Below are positions 58,249-64,000 of a stretch of 64,000 nucleotides of DNA, piece after piece. This stretch comes from Nitrospirota bacterium (GTDB lineage Bacteria; Nitrospirota; UBA9217). A model generated the notes under the pieces. It did no database searches. It had not been told where the DNA came from and saw nothing but the letters and a program-made list of their open reading frames with translations. The translations under genes were made by a program, and so were the position numbers. Numbering within the stretch: position 1 is the stretch's first letter; each line of letters opens with the position of its first letter. The DNA lies in assembly GCA_963754875.1 (NCBI GenBank), contig CAVWHO010000015.1, forward strand, positions 138,201 to 202,200, read 5' to 3'.

Positions 58249-58514
58249 TCATCTAATAGATTGTCCAATGCGTTGAAATAATGAGGCCGCTTTGAGCTCA
58301 ACTTTGTCACTTGCCCCCAAAGTTACCCCAGGTCTTTTGCTGTCTCTTACTACTGAACCACTCAGCCGTCGTGAGTTCATTGTGGAATTTGGCCAGTATT
58401 TCTCTTGCACACTTCTACCTGAAAATTGCAAATAAACGAACATCTTTTAAGGCCTCCACCTACTACTGTTGGAGTTGCAAGATCGAAGAACTCCAACAAA
58501 TCCGGTCGTAACAT

Positions 58515-58572
58515 TCAGAACGCGCGGGTCAGTCGCGTCTTTTTTGCGACGATCTGGACCCGCTCCTTATTC
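58515..58572 (-). other. attC-like site (58 bp, degenerate)
   Basis: Minus strand GAATAAG..GCGGGTC..TCGC-AAAAAA-GACGCGA..GACCCGC..GTTCTGA, starting at the gene stop. Confidence 0.55.
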
Positions 58573-59245
58573 ATTGAATCGCTTCAATGTGTTTACATTT
58601 AGGATACGCACTGCAGGCCCAGAATTCTTTCCCTGCATTCTGTCCTTGCTTGGCAACACGCCTGACCATGCCAGATGAGCATTTTGGACAGCTTTTTTCT
58701 TTCAGTATTTCTTGTGGCTCTGCTAGATGGTCTGGTGCGGACGGCCGCGTCTTATTTTTTATATAACCTGTCAAATGTTCTCTAATTTCATTGAGGTTAT
58801 AAACATTTTTTGCTGGGATTTGAAGGAGCGGAACATTCGCCGCCTTGCACGCGTTCAAAAGAAAATCGTCTCTTTCTGCTCTATTTGTTGCCTTGTGTGA
58901 GCTGTCATTCAGTTCCACAGCGCATATAACAGCTAAATCGGTTTTATTACATAGCAGAAAATCAAAGTGTTTTGCTGAGATTTTGTTGAATGCTTTTTGG
59001 CGCGCACTTGGTGACATGCCTTTTTGCGGTGTGATGACATCCGCAACACGTACTTTCCCAAAAACTTCTAGTTCCTCTCCCACAGTCTGTTTTAATACGC
59101 CTAAAAATGAGCGCTCAGCTGGCGTGAAAAGTATTCCGACTTTTTGATAAGGATAATCTGCCTGCTCTTGTTTACCCGAAGTCTGCTTTAAGACGAAGAC
59201 AGCTACGGCGATAATGACAATAAAAACTAATGCAATCCAAATCAT
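58571..59245 (-). CDS. DUF2726 protein with C-terminal topoisomerase-type C4 zinc ribbon
   Basis: N-terminal TM; LFTPAERSF, KVRVADV, KHFDF, ELNDSSH..RD; CPKC..M..R..G..FWACS.YPKC. Confidence 0.9.
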   Translation of the reverse strand: MIWIALVFIVIIAVAVFVLKQTSGKQEQADYPYQKVGILFTPAERSFLGVLKQTVGEELEVFGKVRVADVITPQKGMSPSARQKAFNKISAKHFDFLLCNKTDLAVICAVELNDSSHKATNRAERDDFLLNACKAANVPLLQIPAKNVYNLNEIREHLTGYIKNKTRPSAPDHLAEPQEILKEKSCPKCSSGMVRRVAKQGQNAGKEFWACSAYPKCKHIEAIQ

Positions 59246-59262
59246 GTCATTTCCCTTTCTGT

Positions 59263-59452
59263 GGATAACACCCCAGGTGAACGGCTTACCCCGAAGGGGT
59301 AAAGTTCGTCTCGACCGGTTTGATGGCTCGCGCTGCTTTCGCGCGAGACGTCAGGTCGGCCGCTCACCTGGGGTGATGGGCCGCGCGAAGCGCGGGCCAT
59401 CGCGCGCCTGACGCGCCGCCCTTTGGCGCGTCGCTGTAGGCGCAAGTTAGAA
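59263..59452 (-). other. Composite/long attC-like palindrome
   Basis: TTCTAAC ... GTTATCC on the minus strand; GC-rich nested hairpins including CACCCCAGGTGA/TCACCTGGGGTG; lies between two AT-rich genes. Confidence 0.6.
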
Positions 59453-59478
59453 ATACCTAGACCTTGTGTTTAAAACGA

Positions 59479-60207
59479 TCATTGCCTCGTCTCTCGTTCT
59501 TTCAACCCATCAAAGTAAGACCACTTATATAGCCAAGCCAAGTATTTGCTGATCCCATCGACATCGGGGAATAGGGAGCCATATGTTATGCCTGCTGCAT
59601 TTAAGCTACGTTTTATGGGCCAACATGAGTGCCGATCGATTAGCCATTTCTCGAGATTGGGATGGCTAAAGCCGATATCTGGTTTCGGATGTATCAAGAA
59701 CACGCTTCTTTGAACCGGGATCCTTGCACTTATGTGTGGAGGACGATACATCTTTACCGAGTTGATACCCGAAAAGATATTTCGACCTTCAGTGTCTTCA
59801 TCGATCTCTTCAAGCCCCTTTATGCAGTAGATCACGCCGTCTTCTTTTCCAGCCTATTCGACCGCCAAGAAAGCGGCGACAAACAAACTGGCACTCCAAT
59901 CGAGCAGTCGAGTTGGAAGGCCATGATGCTGGGCAATCGCCAACCATTCAATTTCCGACTTGGGTTCGCGCTGAAGATGCGGTCGCACAGCCTTCTTGAA
60001 ATCTTCAAATACACGACGCTCGTCGGTGAGCTTGTATGGGTACTTTCTTGGCGAGCCAGATTCCGTATCATACCGACCGACCTTAGGTTTCAGTTCTTTA
60101 TACAACGCGCTCATTTCACCACGAAACAACCATCCTTGATCCTGGTATTCTTCCAGCCATGCCGTAAGCTCCTTCCACGACGATATGCTTTTTTGTTTAA
60201 CGCTCAT
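59479..60207 (-). pseudogene. FRG domain protein with one in-frame TAG at 59854-59856
   Basis: WLFRGE; AQHHGLPTRLLDWS; RI..Q.SVF; L...GIT..SLFPD.DG; the two ORF-track pieces share one frame. Confidence 0.85.
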
Positions 60208-60231
60208 AGGTGTTACCTCGTTTTGCTGTTA

Positions 60232-60266
60232 ATCGGGATAGGAAGGAGCCTCGCGGCTCCTCGCCT
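60232..60266 (-). mobile_element. Group II intron 3'-end (domain VI) remnant
   Basis: Minus strand AGGCGAGGAGCCGCGAGGCTCCTTCCTATCCCGAT: hairpin, bulged A and terminal AT; no domain V or RT. Confidence 0.6.
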
Positions 60267-60356
60267 ACAATGCGGATAGGCTAGAAGTCTTTTGGTGCAT
60301 TCCACCATTTAGGTGAGGAACTTAGGTGAGGAACCAACATTTCCAGAACTCTTATT

Positions 60357-61076
60357 TTAGTTCCGAGTCACCCATGGTAAGTCGCCATCATCCAAGACTT
60401 GGAATTTAATATTTGAATTATTAGCTTCCAGAATTTTCATCTTTATTGATTTAAAAACAATTTCATTTGTTGTGTTAAGGTCGTACTTTACCTCTTGGTA
60501 AAATGAGGGCCTTGAAAAATCTTTTATAAACTCACGATAGTTTATAACGATAACATTATTCATTACACCACTATAAATCAACTCAGCGGAAAAATCTCCA
60601 TCAGCTTGAATTATATTATCTACACGTTCGAACAATTTATTATCTTTTAAATTATCAAAAGATGCTCTCTTATATTGCTCACGAAATGCACTGACCACAA
60701 ATATCTTCTTAATGTTCTGCATTACAGGCTTATCATCTGTTATTTCACCATCTTTATTGACAATTATCGCGGTATCATTATTGTCAACTTCTTCGCAAGT
60801 CAATATATATTTACTTTTATCATTACGAAATCCATTATACGCAATCCACCGTTGACCAGGAGCCAATTTGCCGCCAGGAAACTCTTGAACAAAACGTGGT
60901 GTAAATGCTGCATAAGAATAAGCTTTACCAATAATACGAATCATTACTGAGCCTGCACTCGCATCTCTTGTACGACCTATAACATAATTTTTACCAACAA
61001 CATCATCATGTAGCGATGTTATAGGGCCACATCCTGTGACAACCAATAGTACCGAAATCCAAATCAGTTTTATCAT
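60357..61076 (-). CDS. AT-rich putative lipoprotein
   Basis: Lipobox VTGC; C-terminal ELIYSG...I.INYREF...RPSF.Q...YDL; RBS GAGG. Confidence 0.8.
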   Translation of the reverse strand: MIKLIWISVLLVVTGCGPITSLHDDVVGKNYVIGRTRDASAGSVMIRIIGKAYSYAAFTPRFVQEFPGGKLAPGQRWIAYNGFRNDKSKYILTCEEVDNNDTAIIVNKDGEITDDKPVMQNIKKIFVVSAFREQYKRASFDNLKDNKLFERVDNIIQADGDFSAELIYSGVMNNVIVINYREFIKDFSRPSFYQEVKYDLNTTNEIVFKSIKMKILEANNSNIKFQVLDDGDLPWVTRN

Positions 61077-61398
61077 ATTGACCTCACTTTATTATTAGAT
61101 ACGTTCCCAGAATACTCATGCAGAGAAATGATTAAGATGGAAGTAGTGCGATTTTAGTACGAATCTGATTGTGTTGTAAGGAAGATAATCAGGGTACATT
61201 TGGGGTATCTGCAGCAAATATTCTAGATGAAACATGAAGGCTACAAAGAATTAGGTCGACAAACACTTCAGGAAGAACGGCTCGCCGAACGTTGCGACCA
61301 TGACATATTAATCTTCGTGTTTCATTCTACCGTCGAAACCACAAGCATGCTTTTGTGGCAAATTGAAAACGCTACGCATTTCTTGGTCGTAACATGCA

Positions 61399-61439
61399 AA
61401 TGAACGTTGCAATAACCGGCGCTTGACGCTTTGTTAGGC
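61399..61439 (-). other. Short, internally deleted attC-like site
   Basis: GCCTAAC AAAGCGT...CCGGTTATTGCAAC GTTCATT; GCCTAAC is complementary to the GTTAGGC at 61735-61741 upstream of the same gene. Confidence 0.5.
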
Positions 61440-61465
61440 ACTGGGCCGGTGCCGCAGCGCTTAGC

Positions 61466-61633
61466 TTACGGGTTCTTCAGAAGTCTCAAATAGAAGGCTG
61501 CAAACACTAAGACGATGCCGATGTTCACCATCAGCCGTTCCCAGAATCGATTCCTAAAGAACAGTAAATCTACGCTGACGACAACGGCTGTCAACATCAC
61601 AATGTAAAGCACGACGGACATGTTCCTTGTCAT
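61466..61633 (-). CDS. Small two-TM membrane protein (55 aa)
   Basis: LYIVMLTAVVVSVDLLFFRNRFWERLMVNIGIVLVFAAFYLR. Confidence 0.7.
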   Translation of the reverse strand: MTRNMSVVLYIVMLTAVVVSVDLLFFRNRFWERLMVNIGIVLVFAAFYLRLLKNP

Positions 61634-61788
61634 TTCAATCACCAGTTCAAATATATCAAAAGCCGCCTCCCCATGGTCCAGACCGTCTATTCGGTCCATT
61701 TTTTCATGAGACTATCGATGATTCTGTTGTCCTGGCCTAACAGATTTACTCAAAGACAGGGTTGCCTTGTCACCACAGCGGTCGTTAA

Positions 61789-62343
61789 TTATTCCACCTT
61801 GAACGTTGCGGACTTGAGCGCCTTTCCGGACTCATCGAGCACATCAACCTTCCAATTGCCTTTTTTGCCGCTAATCGCCTTGTAACTCCACGTACGCCAA
61901 TGCTCCGACTTTTTGACATGCTGGGTCGCCCTATCCGTTTCCCGCCCAAAAGTCCAAGCATAGGTAATCACTTGATCCCTTGTCACATTCGTGAGTTCAA
62001 GATAACAATAGACCCTGTCCTGCGATGCCGGGAAGGAAGCGGCGATACCCGACGGCTGCCGGTCCTCGACTGATCGTGCGATTACCATACGTGAAATGGT
62101 CAGGCTCGCGGCCACAACCGGAACCGCGGCAGGTGCTGAAGCAGCAGGGGTAACGGGCAACGTTGGAGGGGCCGGTGGAACCGAGACGGCGGCTGGCGCG
62201 GAAGGAGTAGGAGTGGTGACAGGCACCGCTGGAGGCGGAGCGGATGCCGGCACAGAAGGAACCGGGGGCTTTATCTGCGTGCTCAGCAGAAAAACCAACG
62301 CGATGAACAAGACCATAAGACCGATGACCACTTTGCTCTTCAT
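61789..62343 (-). CDS. DUF2914-like protein with Pro/Ala linker
   Basis: N-terminal TM; IAR.VEDRQP; VYCY; WRTWSYK; GNWKVDV. Confidence 0.8.
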   Translation of the reverse strand: MKSKVVIGLMVLFIALVFLLSTQIKPPVPSVPASAPPPAVPVTTPTPSAPAAVSVPPAPPTLPVTPAASAPAAVPVVAASLTISRMVIARSVEDRQPSGIAASFPASQDRVYCYLELTNVTRDQVITYAWTFGRETDRATQHVKKSEHWRTWSYKAISGKKGNWKVDVLDESGKALKSATFKVE

Positions 62344-63098
62344 ATATCTTTCTCCTTTTCGACCCGGGGCCTTGCAGGCGACGTTGTTGCACCTCTTGCG
62401 TTCTCGTACGTTTTACGTTTCCTCGGGCGAGGCCTGCAATTGATGCTCAACCAGGCTCCTGCCGCCTGAAGTCAGGCGATACTTTATCTTCATGAATATC
62501 TTAAGTTTCAGCTAATAATAAGGCAAGGCTTATTTCACTCTATTCCAAATGTGCGGCCTTTTCAACCAACTGAAGCATGCCTTGCTTCACTTGAATCAAT
62601 AGGTGATGGTTGGTGTGCACGCCAGAAGTTTATGATACCAGAATCAGAATAAAATTGGTTAACACTTTTGAGATGAAGTATTGACTGTTTACAAGAATGG
62701 CAACTTGACTAGTTCAGGAAGAACCAAATGATGCTTCTTTCGATCGGAAGGTGTTACGCCAATTTAAGTTAGTTTATGCTTCAACGTCCAATTTGCTGCT
62801 CCAGTACTCTATAAAAAAATAAGCCCTATGGAAAATCAGTCGTCTCTTGTTCTTCCTTAGAGCGGTTCCCCGCACTTGTGTGGAACTTTAGACCGATTGT
62901 TTTCGATCGCTTCGATGATTCGCTGTACCTATGTTCTGACTATCCTCTTGGTTCTTTGCAACCAACGCACGGTTGATAATCTTATACACGGAGCCGCCTC
63001 TAGAATTCCGTCAAAGTGATTGTCTTTTCGTTAGAGTCCCGGCTTCGATAAAGTACCCCATGCGACCGTGACACGGTTGCTCGGATAGAGTTCACTGA

Positions 63099-63419
63099 CT
63101 AAGCAGTCTTAGCAAGCATGACCTTTCCGATTTCTTTTTTGGACGATCCAAGGGCAATAATTGATCGCACGATAAGGTCGAGAGATACGGAAGATTCCGC
63201 ACGCTCGATTTTGGCGACACGAGACTGGCTGGATTTTATCCTGGCAGCAACCTGAACCTGAGTGAGGTTCTTTTTCTTCCTGAGCGCCTGGAAATACTGG
63301 GCGAGAGCCAGCTTCATCTCGATATACTCTTCCTCTTCACGGTTTAAATTAAGAAATTCGGACACAGTGCCGACTTTCCAGCCCTTCTTTTCAAGATTCT
63401 TAATTTTATCTTTTTTCAT
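63099..63419 (-). CDS. XRE-family HTH antitoxin (HigA-like)
   Basis: LTQVQVAARIKSSQSRVAKIE; downstream of the toxin; RBS GAGGTG. Confidence 0.9.
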   Translation of the reverse strand: MKKDKIKNLEKKGWKVGTVSEFLNLNREEEEYIEMKLALAQYFQALRKKKNLTQVQVAARIKSSQSRVAKIERAESSVSLDLIVRSIIALGSSKKEIGKVMLAKTA

Positions 63420-63433
63420 TATATTCACCTCAC

Positions 63434-63757
63434 CTAGCTATCATAATGCACAATTCTTTGCTTGCAGACATCGATAACATTTTTCGGAGTTTTTGGACTT
63501 TTCTTCTCGAAAATCTCCAAGATAATAACAGCATCATCGTCCAACCGGTATATTATTCTCCACGTTTTATCCCTATCACTGATCCTCAACTCATGACATC
63601 TGTTACAAATCGACGTCATCGGCCTTGAATGCGGCATTGATAGCCGAACATTTTTCTGCAACATCCGCAAAAGGTATCCAGCCTCAATCCGCGCTTCCTT
63701 AGAAAGAGGCGGGGTCTTGACTTCTCCGTGCAACCATACAATTGGTTTTTGTTTCAT
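63434..63757 (-). CDS. RelE/HigB-like (Gp49-type) type II toxin
   Basis: KTPP.S.EAR.EAG.LLR.LQ; MPHSRPM; CHELRI; WRIIYR; F.KK..KTP. Confidence 0.9.
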   Translation of the reverse strand: MKQKPIVWLHGEVKTPPLSKEARIEAGYLLRMLQKNVRLSMPHSRPMTSICNRCHELRISDRDKTWRIIYRLDDDAVIILEIFEKKSPKTPKNVIDVCKQRIVHYDS

Positions 63758-63765
63758 CTAATGAT

Positions 63766-63794
63766 ATAATATGTCATTTTTGACATATTGTCAA
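63766..63794 (-). promoter_or_regulatory. Sigma-70 promoter with overlapping palindromic operator for the higBA-like operon
   Basis: TTGACA-N17-TATTAT; perfect inverted repeat AATATGTCA-TTTT-TGACATATT at 63768-63789. Confidence 0.85.
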
Positions 63795-64000
63795 ATACAA
63801 TATTATTCATTAGTCGCGTGGACTACGCTTATTTCTTACTTTAGATTTTGCACGAAAACTAAAGTAACGTAGCCTCTTATTTTAGGTAGGGAATGTTAGC
63901 GTAGGCTAGGGAGCAAGCCCGGGTGACTTGATCTTTTTTAGCAATTTAAAGAATTCGTTTTTCATTCTTGTTCATTCTCCATTTGCGCTAAAATCCGCTA

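Noticed and set aside
62460..63090. Gene in the AT-rich gap between the DUF2914-like gene and the antitoxin
   Set aside because: No ORF of 60 aa or more; possibly a decayed gene, but no family can be assigned.

Overview
This is a 64 kb bacterial window; gene order and content suggest an anaerobic Nitrospirota- or Desulfobacterota-like organism (inference). Positions 1-42.8 kb are a flagellar/chemotaxis supercluster: flhA-flhF-flhG-fliA; a HEAT-cheR-RR-cheY-cheA-cheW/cheZ fusion-hemerythrin-cheB operon; three MCPs; HDOD, partner-switching, EAL and hybrid-kinase signalling genes; fliK-flgD-flgE on the minus strand; and flgFGAHIJMNKL. Clear sigma54 and sigma28 promoters are present. Positions 42.9-52.9 kb hold a membrane adenylate cyclase with a C-terminal PilZ-like domain, an AraC/Ogt repair gene with a 360-bp exact duplication, a complete IS110/IS1111-type element, an AsmA-like gene, and an IS200 that splits an NADPH oxidoreductase gene. 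The 3' non-coding region of the IS1111-type element appears to encode a three-module bridge/seek RNA with two target-like guides and one donor guide. Positions 53-64 kb are accessory: small ORFs, two toxin-antitoxin pairs, a repeated promoter module, a tRNA-3'-end-like att site, degenerate attC-like sites with no integrase, and a group II intron 3' remnant. Clustered single-base insertions in flgA/H/I/J, the cyclase and the AsmA-like gene most likely reflect sequencing errors. No CRISPR array, rRNA or intact tRNA was seen.
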